From Steroidobacteraceae bacterium (lineage in GTDB: Bacteria > Pseudomonadota > Gammaproteobacteria > Steroidobacterales > Steroidobacteraceae): DNA of 49,249 nt. Below, one piece after another: positions 1 through 8,763 of this stretch (positions are counted from its first letter, which is position 1; every line of letters starts with the position of its first letter). The position numbers and the translations under genes were made by a program. The stretch lies in assembly GCA_035603615.1 (NCBI GenBank), contig DATNKC010000446.1, forward strand, positions 1-49,249. The letters are read 5' to 3'. Below the pieces are notes generated by a model. That model ran no database searches. It saw nothing but the letters and a program-made list of their open reading frames with translations, and was not told where the DNA came from.

Positions 1-455
1 ACACCTAGTGGGATTTCAGATAGGTAGTCGACGCCGGCTGCGTCGCCGCCTTCGGCGAGCTGTAGTGCTTCCATTTCATTGCGGATAGCCGCAAGGGTTT
101 CGGGTGGGCTCCCGTCAACATCCAAGCCTTTGGGGCCGTTCTCGCCTTCATGTGAAATCCACCATTGGCGCTTGCCTCTGGACCAGAGTTCGGCGGAGGT
201 GGCCATGACGTGCTCTTCGATGAGACACAGAAGGATGTCTTGATCGTTCGAGAGGTGGGCCAGATCCTTCGGTTTCAGGTACGGGCAGCCGTACTTGTTG
301 TGCCAAATCACGCGCCAGCCGGTGTCGAGCTTCGCCATGCAGTCCAGGGATTCGGGTATTTCTTCGGTTTCGGCTGTTGGGGTTAGGCCGAGCTTTTGGA
401 CGAACTGGTCGGCGCATTGTTCGCGAACCGCGCACCACGTGATTGAGAAACCCAT
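1..455 (-). CDS. Hypothetical protein, 3' end truncated by the window edge
   Basis: Open frame on the - strand runs off the left edge. ATG (complement of 453-455) has AAGGA about 10 nt upstream. Translation is MGFSITWCAVREQCADQFVQKLGLTPTAETEEIPESLDCMAKLDTGWRVIWHNKYGCPYLKPKDL..., which has a normal globular composition. It is absent from the supplied track because no stop lies inside the window. No family recognised. Confidence 0.6.
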   Translation of the reverse strand, partial: MGFSITWCAVREQCADQFVQKLGLTPTAETEEIPESLDCMAKLDTGWRVIWHNKYGCPYLKPKDLAHLSNDQDILLCLIEEHVMATSAELWSRGKRQWWISHEGENGPKGLDVDGSPPETLAAIRNEMEALQLAEGGDAAGVDYLSEIPLG

Positions 456-565
456 GTTGATTTGTCCTTATGTATCTGGGGTGCAATGCCATAGTCCGTG
501 TGAATTGAGCCAATCGATAACGCGGCCCCAGTGATCGCCTTCAGCGTAGCCGCGAATTGTTAAGG

Positions 566-916
566 TCACGTCCGCAAGATCTTCTCCATGGCCTTACCCT
601 TCGCCAATTCATCGATCAGCTTGTCGAGATAGCGAATTTCCCGCATGGTGGGTTCGGTGATGTCTTCCACGCGGACCCCGCATATCACACCCTTTATCAA
701 AGTCCGCGAAAGATTTGGGTGAGGTGCTTGCGCAAAAAAGGCTTCGAAGTCTTTTTGTCCCTCGAGTTGCGCTTCGAACTGTTTCTGGCTGTATCCGGTT
801 AACCAAAGAATGATTTGGTTGACTTCGGCTTTCGTGCGCCCTTTCTTCTGTGCTTTAGCCACGTAAAGCGGATAGACACTTGCGAAGCTCGTTGCGTAGA
901 TTCGGTGCTTTGTCAT
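566..916 (-). CDS. DUF2200 family protein
   Basis: The 116-aa [49 protein letters not shown]... matches the DUF2200 family as I remember it over its full length. GAGGA RBS lies upstream of the ATG. Confidence 0.85.
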   Translation of the reverse strand: MTKHRIYATSFASVYPLYVAKAQKKGRTKAEVNQIILWLTGYSQKQFEAQLEGQKDFEAFFAQAPHPNLSRTLIKGVICGVRVEDITEPTMREIRYLDKLIDELAKGKAMEKILRT

Positions 917-1059
917 GGCATCCTCGACAGCGGTCCATTCTAGATAGATAGCCTAGTCCAATATTTGGTGCGGAAGCGAATGGAGTGGAGACTCAGAGGG
1001 GACGCGGCCGAGCCGCTCGGCGCTGGCGCGCCAAGAGGGGCCTGTCGTTGCGACAGGCC

Positions 1060-1400
1060 TTCTCCATGGAAGGAAGTGTCGACGGAGCTGTTAGTCGAGA
1101 GCCAATTGCCACATGGGTGAGCAACACGGTTGCGAACGCCCGAACAGGAGTTCGGGCAGGTCCGCTAGCGGAGCAGGAAGCGAAGCGACGCGGTGGCAAC
1201 GGATCGAAGAACGCTTCGTTCCAGATCCGGAAGGCGAGCAAAAGTCACGTCTTTTACTCGCCGTGCCGGGCGAGTGCAGGGTGAGCCGCATGCGGCGAAC
1301 GCCACTACAGGAAGTAGTGGCCGGACCGTCAGCGCAGCAGGATAGCGGAGCGCAACGGACGAACAGCTCGGCCGACGGAGAATACCCGGCCGACGGAGAA
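1060..1400 (+). ncRNA. Candidate GGA-rich structured sRNA (Csr/Rsm sponge-like); boundaries uncertain
   Basis: No convincing ORF. There are 15 GGA on the + strand between 1068 and 1397, against 3 TCC. Perfect hairpins present GGA in their loops: 1138-1157 GCCCGAAC-AGGA-GTTCGGGC and 1301-1321 GCCACTAC-AGGAA-GTAGTGGC. There is a tandem CGGCCGACGGAGAA at 1369-1382 and 1387-1400. No clear promoter or intrinsic terminator was found. Confidence 0.3.
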
Positions 1401-1401
1401 G

Positions 1402-2367
1402 TTAGTGCAGCGATTCCGGTTGCCAGAACGTGCCATCCTTAGTTTTCACAATCTTGCCGATGCCGGGAAATGGGAAGTGCTCGGAATAGAGGCGCTGGCC
1501 GGTCGCGACCGAGTTGTTGACGAGAGTGACGCGTGTCGCGGCTCCCAGCTGCTGGTCGCTGTCGAAAGCCACCTGCCAAGAGGGCTTGCCGACAGAAATC
1601 ACAAAGCTGTGCATGGCATCGCCGAAGACCAGCACGCTATCGGGCCCTTCGCCGATGAGATACCCGGAGTGACCGGGCGTATGCCCCTTGAGCTCAACGG
1701 CCTTGACGATACCCGGCAGTAGATTCGCGCCGGGCTGGAAGGGTAAAACCTTCGGCTTGATTGTCATTACGAACACCGAGACGTGTTGAATCGCCATGTT
1801 CTTCGCTTGCGTCTCGGTGAGGTTCGACAGCCAATTCCATTCGGGCGCGGACATATGAATGGTGGCATTGGGGAATGCGAGCGCGCCGGAAGGCGTGATG
1901 AGTCCGCCGATGTGATCGCCGTGGGCATGCGAAATAAAGATGTCCGTGACGCTGGCTGGCTTCTCGCCTGCCGCCTTCATGGAGTCAGGCAGCTTGCCGC
2001 CGATGTCGCCATACCAATTGCCGACGCCGGTATCAAACAACAGCACGTGCTTTCCGGCGTGCACCAGCAGCGGCTGAATGCTGAACTCAAGGTGGTCGGC
2101 GGGAGCCCCTCCCGCCTTCAGCACCGCGCCGACTGCCTCGTTCGACTGGCCGACGACGAAGCTTTTGCCATCGTTCGGCATCTCGATCACACCGTCTTTG
2201 AGTGCGACAGCGCGATAACCACCGATCTTGAAAACTTTAAATTGCGCGACGGGAGTTGGCGGTGCGGCCGCAGCGCCATCGGCCGCCGCAGCATGGGCGA
2301 TTACGGTTGATAGCGACATCAAGAAGACGGAAAGGACTGCGAACGGAAATCGGCGGCGATCTTTCAT
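1402..2367 (-). CDS. Secreted MBL-fold metallo-hydrolase
   Basis: 321 aa. N-terminal signal peptide (MKDRRRFPFAVLSVFLMSLSTVIAHAAAA). Canonical HxHxDH zinc motif (SHAHGDHIGG) plus downstream His and Asp ligands (KGHTPGHSGY, FGDAMH). Confidence 0.9.
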   Translation of the reverse strand: MKDRRRFPFAVLSVFLMSLSTVIAHAAAADGAAAAPPTPVAQFKVFKIGGYRAVALKDGVIEMPNDGKSFVVGQSNEAVGAVLKAGGAPADHLEFSIQPLLVHAGKHVLLFDTGVGNWYGDIGGKLPDSMKAAGEKPASVTDIFISHAHGDHIGGLITPSGALAFPNATIHMSAPEWNWLSNLTETQAKNMAIQHVSVFVMTIKPKVLPFQPGANLLPGIVKAVELKGHTPGHSGYLIGEGPDSVLVFGDAMHSFVISVGKPSWQVAFDSDQQLGAATRVTLVNNSVATGQRLYSEHFPFPGIGKIVKTKDGTFWQPESLH

Positions 2368-2508
2368 GCGGTTACTCTTAAGCTTTAAGACGGCTGCATT
2401 CTAGCAATTAAAGTCGGGTTATTCAGATGGACCGCCGGCGAAGGTCGGCAATTGATCGCTCGTGCGTGTCACGCTGCCTCCCCGAAGAACAGATGGTGGG
2501 AATACAAA

Positions 2509-2961
2509 CTAAGGATGTGGAAATAAGCGATCATCCCAACGAATGGATTCGATGCTCAATGTGCGAATGCGAGCGGCGTGCGGATGTGCGGGATTGATGA
2601 GGGCGTTGCGCTCGACGTCGAAGACGACGCTGGGCACGAGCAGAATTGCGCTCTCTGCGCGCTCAAGCCAGGCGTCACCGGCTTGGCGGCTGATTTTCAG
2701 ATCATCGTTTCGCCAGCCGATGCGATGCGTTTCATCCAGTGTGGTTAAACTCAGGTCGTCGGAGAATTCGAAAGTGACGCAGACTTGGTGTTTGGGAATT
2801 TGGCGGCCGGTGTGGACTAGTTTCTCCAGCATCGCGCCGGCGTAAGTGGTGCAGGCATAAATGACTGCGCGGCCGGGTGAGTTCCAGCGGGCGCCATAGA
2901 TGCGCGCGCCCTCCCCGCTTTCAGGATTGAAGCGTGAGTCCGCTATTCGGTATAGACGCAC
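2509..2961 (-). CDS. RES-domain toxin (RES family NAD+-targeting toxin)
   Basis: 150 aa with a GTG start. The N-terminus MRLYRIADSRF...GEGARIYGARWNSPGRAVIYACTTYAGAMLEKLVH is typical of the RES domain. It lies 19 nt downstream of a DUF2384/Xre-type antitoxin gene. Confidence 0.9.
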   Translation of the reverse strand: MRLYRIADSRFNPESGEGARIYGARWNSPGRAVIYACTTYAGAMLEKLVHTGRQIPKHQVCVTFEFSDDLSLTTLDETHRIGWRNDDLKISRQAGDAWLERAESAILLVPSVVFDVERNALINPAHPHAARIRTLSIESIRWDDRLFPHP

Positions 2962-2980
2962 GCGATCGCGCGCTTAAGAG

Positions 2981-3403
2981 CTAGACCGGCAGGCCATAGA
3001 TGGCGCGCATCACGAGATCTTCAACTTGACGGGCGCCGAGTTCGGTCGCGGCGTTGTCGAGCGGCGTGCGGTTCTGCAGTTCGGGATGTGGTGTGCTCAG
3101 AAAACGCTGTGCGGCTGCGGGGTCGTCCCACAACAATTCGGCGAGTGCGATGACTCGAGCAAGGCGCTCGGTTTTTTCGCTCTCGTGTAATTTCAATCGA
3201 GTGCGGCGTTTAAAAGTGGCCGAGGGGACAATGCCGTGGAGTAACGCGAGGCGGGCTTTGCCCGTGACGCCGGTGCGAGCGATGACGCGGATGAGCGCGC
3301 TGCGCGGTAGTCCTCTTTCAACGGCTGCGGCCAAACCGGCCATGCCGCGGGCGGTGGGCTTCAAGCCTAGGATTTCCTCGACGCGCTCTGCGGGCATGGA
3401 CAT
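2981..3403 (-). CDS. Xre/MbcA/ParS-type antitoxin (DUF2384 toxin-binding domain)
   Basis: The internal ATG at 3403 (MSMPAERVEEILGL...) with GAGG upstream is preferred over the track start at 3511. The C-terminus ...AAAQRFLSTPHPELQNRTPLDNAATELGARQVEDLVMRAIYGLPV is the hallmark DUF2384 region. It pairs with the RES gene. Confidence 0.85.
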   Translation of the reverse strand: MSMPAERVEEILGLKPTARGMAGLAAAVERGLPRSALIRVIARTGVTGKARLALLHGIVPSATFKRRTRLKLHESEKTERLARVIALAELLWDDPAAAQRFLSTPHPELQNRTPLDNAATELGARQVEDLVMRAIYGLPV

Positions 3404-3681
3404 GGGGTACCTCGTTGTGTCGATCTTAGGTCCATTTGAGCCGTAATTCAAGCTCATATGAGCCTTCTTCGTCGGCCGGGCCGTTCGGGTGTCCATACCC
3501 TCGCCCAGCACGGCGAATCAAAGGCGTGGCTTCGATTCGCCTTCCGGACTGTGGTCCGTTGCCACTTCTTGTGGCAATTTTCAGGCCGACACGATTTTCG
3601 AAGAAGGATTTATAGGTAACTACAGGAGAGAATATAGTTGGAATGTGTAAGATATTGAATTTAAAAGTATAAATGGCATTC

Positions 3682-3884
3682 GCGGGGAGAGATGCAACGC
3701 TTTCTCGGGAGTGATGCGACGGTTTTGCGGAAGAGTTGCGACGCGAAGGTTCATCGGGTGCGGAGAAATAATTAGCGGAATCAAAGAGCGCCCTCCCCTG
3801 CCCTGGTTGCAACTCGCTGTTTTCACGTTCATTTCTGGAGAATCGGATAAGAAATAGAGGCACTGCGCGGAAGAGATGTAACGC
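3682..3884. repeat. Degenerate 18-19-nt direct repeats in an AT-rich intergenic gap
   Basis: Three long copies: GCGGGGAGAGATGCAACGC (3682-3700), GCGGAAGAGTTGCGACGC (3727-3744) and GCGGAAGAGATGTAACGC (3867-3884). There is also a shorter core copy GATGCGACGG (3713-3722). Confidence 0.5.
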
Positions 3885-4175
3885 TCATGCACTTGCTCGC
3901 AGTGCTTTGCTTAAGATGTCGCGGCCGGAAATCGATCGAAATCCATGTCGCTCATAGAGGCGTTTGGCCGCATTTAGATGCCCCTCGGACTCGCAGAAAA
4001 GGCAAGCAATTTTTGAAGAGCGACACTCAGAGGGAAATCCTCTCATAGCACGCAAAATATTTTCAAACAGTTCGAATTCCTAGTCACCAACCGCTGGCGT
4101 TCGCGCCACGCATGGCTTCCACAATCAGATTGACTGACTTAGTAAGACGAGAAAAAACCCCGCATCATGTCGAAA

Positions 4176-6800
4176 CTAGTTTTCGCACTCGCAAGAATCC
4201 CTAACACTTGACGCACACACGCGTAATGTCCGGCTGGCGCCGTTGAACAGCCGCTTGGCGACCTGGCGGCACGAATTCGCATACAGGATCGTCCCTTGGA
4301 CCAAATCTGTTTGGTCAAGGTTGATTCCGATTCGACTTCGCTGCGAATTGGCGCAGCGACCCTTCGGCAAGCTCCCGTCGATATCCTCGATTTGATTGTG
4401 CTGAATCAGCAGATTGCGCACCAGAGGCCAGTCGTGCGGCGACGGCCCGGCATGCCAAGACAGCATTGTTGAAATGCCGCCCCCTCGCAACCCATCGGCG
4501 TGCTCAACCGTGTTACGGACTATCGAAACGCCATAGCTCATAACCGGTGGAGGCGACGAAGGGGTTGGAGAGGCTCCATACCACCCTGATATTCCCGATT
4601 CACTACAATTGGAGTCCCAATCGTACTTGCCGTGAATCGCGTTGTCGCGAATCTCGAGAAACATCTGCGCCATCGCCCATGAGGTGCATTCCTTACACGC
4701 CGGATCGATGGCGCTGTATCCCTGCTGAAACTTTATGCCGTCGGCGTCGAACTGCACATTTCCCTCGATCACCGAATCGGTGCTCGGTGCCCACATCGTT
4801 ATGACGCCCCCTTTTGGCTCGGTGCGATTGCTCTTCCGGCACAACGGCTGTCGCTGGTCGATTCGATTGTTGACTGTATAGACCTGCCAAAATTGACGTT
4901 GGACGACGACGCGGCTCATTCGGGCCACCGGCAAGACATCCCACGATGGCCGGACCCTAAATGTGGCTTGCGCAGTCCGGGGATCGACCGCGTAACTTGC
5001 GATCTGTCGCGCTTGCCCGAGCCCAGGCCCCTCAACGACTTGGACCCAATGCTCAGAGTAGTACTCCGACAAGGGAACCTGACGATCATTCTGGGTGTGA
5101 GTCAATTGGCCTGATACCATCAACGCGTCTTCGGTTGCGTTCTGTACCGTCATCGCTTGCGCGAAAGCAGAGGTATTGCCGTTATCGTCGTAGGCGATTG
5201 CCTCACCATCGCCGAGCTTGTCGCCGGTGCAAGTGGCCACATTGCCGTCGACCAGACTCATCTCCTGGTTGTTATTGAGCGACCAAAAAAATGCGGCCCG
5301 CCAGCCATGCGCGTCCGTCGGAGCGTACAGATAGTCAGGCGAGGCTCCGTCGGCGGAGTTGCCGCTGAAATCAAGGTGATGAGACGCCCCCAATGAGGTG
5401 GCAATGACGCCCTGCCCTATTTTGGCGTCGATGTAGGAGCCGGGCTTGAACGTATTGAACGCCACGATGGAATCGTCGATGCGATATTTCTTGGTGGTGT
5501 CGTAGCGATTGCCGCTTAGATCCAACCCGAGGCGATAGGCGCCGAATTCGTTGTGGGTCAGGATTAAATGACGTATAGGCGCACCGGAGTCTGCAATCGC
5601 GACGCTCGGTCGATCAAAAATATTTCGTGTGATGATGATTTCATCGACCGGCCTTTGCTGCGAAAGATCGAGTCGTCGAGAACCGTCGTAGAGCGCGCCC
5701 AGTTGAAAGAACGGACACGGCGGGTCGTTTGGCGAATATATATTCGCGTCAACGAATGCAAATCCTTCTACGATACTGCCCCCGAGGAGGCTGAATGCCG
5801 CTCCGGTGCAAGATCCCTGCGGCTTCTCACGGATCAAGCGGGTCAACTTTGCGCCGGCGCCGCGCAGATTCACGCCTTTGGGAAGTACGATTCCATCGCG
5901 GGAGGGAAGCAGCTGCATGCTGCGATCCATTAATATCCACGTGCCCGCGTCAAAATCTATTTCTCCGCCGCCAGCGAGGCGCGCCGCAGAGATCGCCGCG
6001 ATCAAACACGGCGTGACATCGCCAGCGGGGCGGCAGCCGCCGAATGCCGCATCACTCACGTTGAGCTTGCGCGAAATCGATGGATCGGCCCGAACTGTTA
6101 GCTTTTGCTGGTCGACCGATATCCATCCGACGCCGTCCCGCGAGACTTGCACCACGTAAGCGCCCGCGGAAATCCTCGCCGGTAGATCAACCTCCGCGAC
6201 AAAACGTGCGGTAGCGAGTTTCGAGCCGTCCGCGCGATGCACATTGAGGGTGTAGCTTTGCGCGCCGACGAGTCTAACCCGCGTGATCGCTCCGGGCGCG
6301 GCCTCTAGATTGCGTCCCACGATCTTGATGGTGCGCGGCAAGTTGGCCAGGGGCTTTGAAACATTGACGTAGTCCGGCGCTATCCAGAGCGGGCGCGCGT
6401 CGTTGAACTTGACGGCGTCGCTCCATTCATTGGCTTTGGTGTGAACCCACAACGCGTACGCCTGGCCCGGCACCATCACCGCAGGCAGCTTTATCGTCAA
6501 CGAATAGGGAATGTTGGCCGTGGATACCACGGCCGCGATGCCCTCGTGCCCGTCGGACCGCGTCGGAATCGACTGCGGCGGCGATGGCCTTCGGGTGGTG
6601 TCTTCCAGCGCGCGATACACGACCATGTCGTCCGGCGCAAATCCGTCGCCGGGTATCAGGAGCAAGTCGTCGGGATCACCATGTACGGGGCTTTGGTAAT
6701 TTGGCCGGGAATAGACTGACGGAGGCGTAGCGCTCGCCGGAGCCGTCTGCAGTATCGCGATCGCAATTGCGGTAGCTAACAGTGCCGGCGTTTGGCGCAT
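4176..6800 (-). CDS. Secreted right-handed parallel beta-helix (pectin-lyase-fold) protein; probable polysaccharide-modifying enzyme
   Basis: 874 aa. Signal peptide MRQTPALLATAIAIAILQTAPASA. Ig-like N-terminal region. Repeated PbH1-type turns are present (ITRNIFDRPS, LTHNEFG, IEGNVQFDADG, IRDNAIHG, IVRNTVEHADG, IQHNQIEDIDG). It is the last gene of the flippase/methyltransferase/GT operon, 10 nt after the previous stop. Confidence 0.8.
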   Translation of the reverse strand: MRQTPALLATAIAIAILQTAPASATPPSVYSRPNYQSPVHGDPDDLLLIPGDGFAPDDMVVYRALEDTTRRPSPPQSIPTRSDGHEGIAAVVSTANIPYSLTIKLPAVMVPGQAYALWVHTKANEWSDAVKFNDARPLWIAPDYVNVSKPLANLPRTIKIVGRNLEAAPGAITRVRLVGAQSYTLNVHRADGSKLATARFVAEVDLPARISAGAYVVQVSRDGVGWISVDQQKLTVRADPSISRKLNVSDAAFGGCRPAGDVTPCLIAAISAARLAGGGEIDFDAGTWILMDRSMQLLPSRDGIVLPKGVNLRGAGAKLTRLIREKPQGSCTGAAFSLLGGSIVEGFAFVDANIYSPNDPPCPFFQLGALYDGSRRLDLSQQRPVDEIIITRNIFDRPSVAIADSGAPIRHLILTHNEFGAYRLGLDLSGNRYDTTKKYRIDDSIVAFNTFKPGSYIDAKIGQGVIATSLGASHHLDFSGNSADGASPDYLYAPTDAHGWRAAFFWSLNNNQEMSLVDGNVATCTGDKLGDGEAIAYDDNGNTSAFAQAMTVQNATEDALMVSGQLTHTQNDRQVPLSEYYSEHWVQVVEGPGLGQARQIASYAVDPRTAQATFRVRPSWDVLPVARMSRVVVQRQFWQVYTVNNRIDQRQPLCRKSNRTEPKGGVITMWAPSTDSVIEGNVQFDADGIKFQQGYSAIDPACKECTSWAMAQMFLEIRDNAIHGKYDWDSNCSESGISGWYGASPTPSSPPPVMSYGVSIVRNTVEHADGLRGGGISTMLSWHAGPSPHDWPLVRNLLIQHNQIEDIDGSLPKGRCANSQRSRIGINLDQTDLVQGTILYANSCRQVAKRLFNGASRTLRVCASSVRDSCECEN

Positions 6801-6810
6801 GCAGGCGAGG

Positions 6811-8022
6811 CTATTTCAGTGCGCCGATCGTTTCAAATACGTGTGACCATCGTGCTTGGTATGTGTGGTCACGAATGCTGCGCTCGCGCGCGGCTTTTCG
6901 AATAGCCGCGGCGCGATCACGATCACTCAACAGTTCCGCAATTATCCGCGCGCAATCGGCCGGATTGCTGTAAGTGACAATCTCGCGGCCGACATCGAAA
7001 ACCAGCGCTAGTTCGGGATTGTGTTGGGTCAAATACAAAGCGCCGCTCATGGGTACTTCGAAATCTCTACCCTTCAGGCACACTAGACTGCTCGAGTAGC
7101 CGACTCCGCCGCAACCGAGATTGATGCGGGTCTTCGCATAGATCGCCCGCATATCCTCGTTCGATACGGCGCCATTCGGCCAGCCAGTGCCGAAACATTC
7201 GACTTCAATCCCATATCGACGCAATTCTCTAATGAGCACCGGGCGCCAACCGAATCGTGCCCCGATAAAGGACACATCGAACTCGAACGGCAAATCGAGG
7301 GGTCGATGCAAATCCGGGTCGGCAGCCTCGGCATGGAACATGGCAAGTCCGCCTTCGACGAAATACTTCAGCGTGCCCTGCGGATCGCTGGTCAAATTCA
7401 AGTCGACGGTACTGCAGATTTCAGCCGTACTGACGTGACGATCGCCGAGCTTGGGGCCGGGCCACAGAGTCTTGTCGTCAAAACAGAAATTCGTCGTCAC
7501 GGCCCCATGCGCGGCCATTTCAGCGAAGACTTTGGCGCTCAGCGTATATCCCGAAGAATAAGCGACGACTACGTCCACGGCCCGTTCTCGCGACGCCGCA
7601 TGGAAGGCGTCCAATAAGGCGCTGCTCATGGAATCGCGCACTTCAACCCAGTTCGGCGCGGTATCGTCGAATCCCCGCGAACGCCACTCGAATGTCGTGA
7701 CCTTGCCGAAGGCAGACAGGGCGGTTGACAAAATGCCTTCCCAGTTTGTCAGCGGGTAAACGAGAAAAACATGCAGGCCACCGATTTTTTTCGGCCAGCC
7801 GAGAGCCGCCGCGCGCCGTCCAATACGCTGCGCCACCGTTGCTCTCAATGTGGCCTCATCAGACGGCGCTTGGATGCCAAGATGCTGCGCTCTTGCCAGA
7901 TATCGCCGGCGGATCATCGCCGCGTCCCGTTCCACCAAGGTGGCCTTCACGAGTGCATTTGCTGCGACCGCAAGCGGAAGTTTCTTTAGGGATTGCTTGA
8001 GATCTCTCACCACTAAAACCAC
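6811..8022 (-). CDS. CgeB-family glycosyltransferase (DUF3880 / Glyco_trans_1_2 type)
   Basis: 403 aa with a GTG start that overlaps the upstream stop by 10 nt; the start is uncertain by a few codons. The C-terminus ...RINLGCGGVGYSS..LKGRDFEVPMSGALYLTQHNPEL...FDVGREIVTY...RKAARERSIRDHTYQARW is typical of the CgeB-like family. Confidence 0.8.
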   Translation of the reverse strand: MVLVVRDLKQSLKKLPLAVAANALVKATLVERDAAMIRRRYLARAQHLGIQAPSDEATLRATVAQRIGRRAAALGWPKKIGGLHVFLVYPLTNWEGILSTALSAFGKVTTFEWRSRGFDDTAPNWVEVRDSMSSALLDAFHAASRERAVDVVVAYSSGYTLSAKVFAEMAAHGAVTTNFCFDDKTLWPGPKLGDRHVSTAEICSTVDLNLTSDPQGTLKYFVEGGLAMFHAEAADPDLHRPLDLPFEFDVSFIGARFGWRPVLIRELRRYGIEVECFGTGWPNGAVSNEDMRAIYAKTRINLGCGGVGYSSSLVCLKGRDFEVPMSGALYLTQHNPELALVFDVGREIVTYSNPADCARIIAELLSDRDRAAAIRKAARERSIRDHTYQARWSHVFETIGALK

Positions 8023-8750
8023 CCTTCACGGGCGAGAAGCCGCGAGTCGCGCCGTACGAACATCAGATCCGCGTGGACCAGATCATTATCCGCGGGACGT
8101 TGAATGTAGGTGCAGATGTCGTACATACAGAAATTGCGCTCGCCCAGGAACGAGACGACTTCGTGCGCCAACGCGCCACCCTCGTAGTATTGCCGGAATG
8201 ACAATTCCAGCAGGAGCAATTCGGTGCTTTCGAGGCAGCGCCCCGCCCCTTTGAGCACCTCCAACTCATACCCTTGCACATCGGCTTTGATGAGCAACGG
8301 CGACGGTAAATTGGCCGTGGTCAAGAATGAATCCAAGGTGCGGACTTCCACCGATTTTTCCGATCCCAAGAAATCCTTACTGGGGAAGAAACTGGATTGA
8401 TCTCCATGACAGTGCAGAACCAAATTTCCGGGGACCGCACCTATCGCACCATGCCAGACGCAAACGCGAGCATCGTCCTTGGCCATCGCGGCCAAGGCGG
8501 ACTTGTTGGCATCCAGCGGGTCAATCAATAGATAGTGCGCCTCGGGAAATACGGCTTGGCATTCGCGCGTCCACTGACCGTTTGAGGCGCCGACATCAAT
8601 GACGCCGCCAGGATGGAACCCCCGAGCCTTGGCGCGCCGGAGAGCGGTCGGAACACCTTGTGGTCCCCAATCGGCACCCACGACTCGCGCTCCAAAGAGG
8701 CGAGCAATGGAATTGAGCGTCGATTTTGCTTGATCACGCCAGCCTAACAT
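8013..8750 (-). CDS. FkbM-family SAM-dependent methyltransferase
   Basis: 245 aa. SAM-binding VIDVGASNGQWT. Family signatures VEVRTLDSFL and LIKADVQGYELEVLKGA. Confidence 0.85.
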   Translation of the reverse strand: MLGWRDQAKSTLNSIARLFGARVVGADWGPQGVPTALRRAKARGFHPGGVIDVGASNGQWTRECQAVFPEAHYLLIDPLDANKSALAAMAKDDARVCVWHGAIGAVPGNLVLHCHGDQSSFFPSKDFLGSEKSVEVRTLDSFLTTANLPSPLLIKADVQGYELEVLKGAGRCLESTELLLLELSFRQYYEGGALAHEVVSFLGERNFCMYDICTYIQRPADNDLVHADLMFVRRDSRLLAREGWF

Positions 8751-8763
8751 TGGAATTCCATCG

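Noticed and set aside
148-513. Track ORF of 121 aa on the minus strand
   Set aside because: It is extremely Arg/Pro/His-rich with no domain-like sequence. It overlaps, out of frame, the much more protein-like open frame 1..455, which has a proper RBS. I treat it as a shadow ORF.
985-1442. Track ORFs 985..1284 (+), 1113..1442 (+), 993..1241 (-) and 1091..1291 (-)
   Set aside because: They overlap one another, are low-complexity and Arg/Gly/Ser-rich, and have no RBS. One runs into the 3' end of the MBL gene. The region is better explained as non-coding structured sequence.
3426-3892. Two overlapping minus-strand ORFs (145 and 90 aa) in the AT-rich gap
   Set aside because: The composition is atypical of the neighbouring genes. 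There are no recognisable motifs and no RBS. One extends the antitoxin region in a different frame. They are likely chance ORFs in AT-rich DNA.
4070-4080. GTTCGAATTCC, reminiscent of a tRNA T-loop, which could mark an integration site
   Set aside because: The flanking bases cannot form a T-stem, acceptor stem or cloverleaf. No integrase lies nearby.
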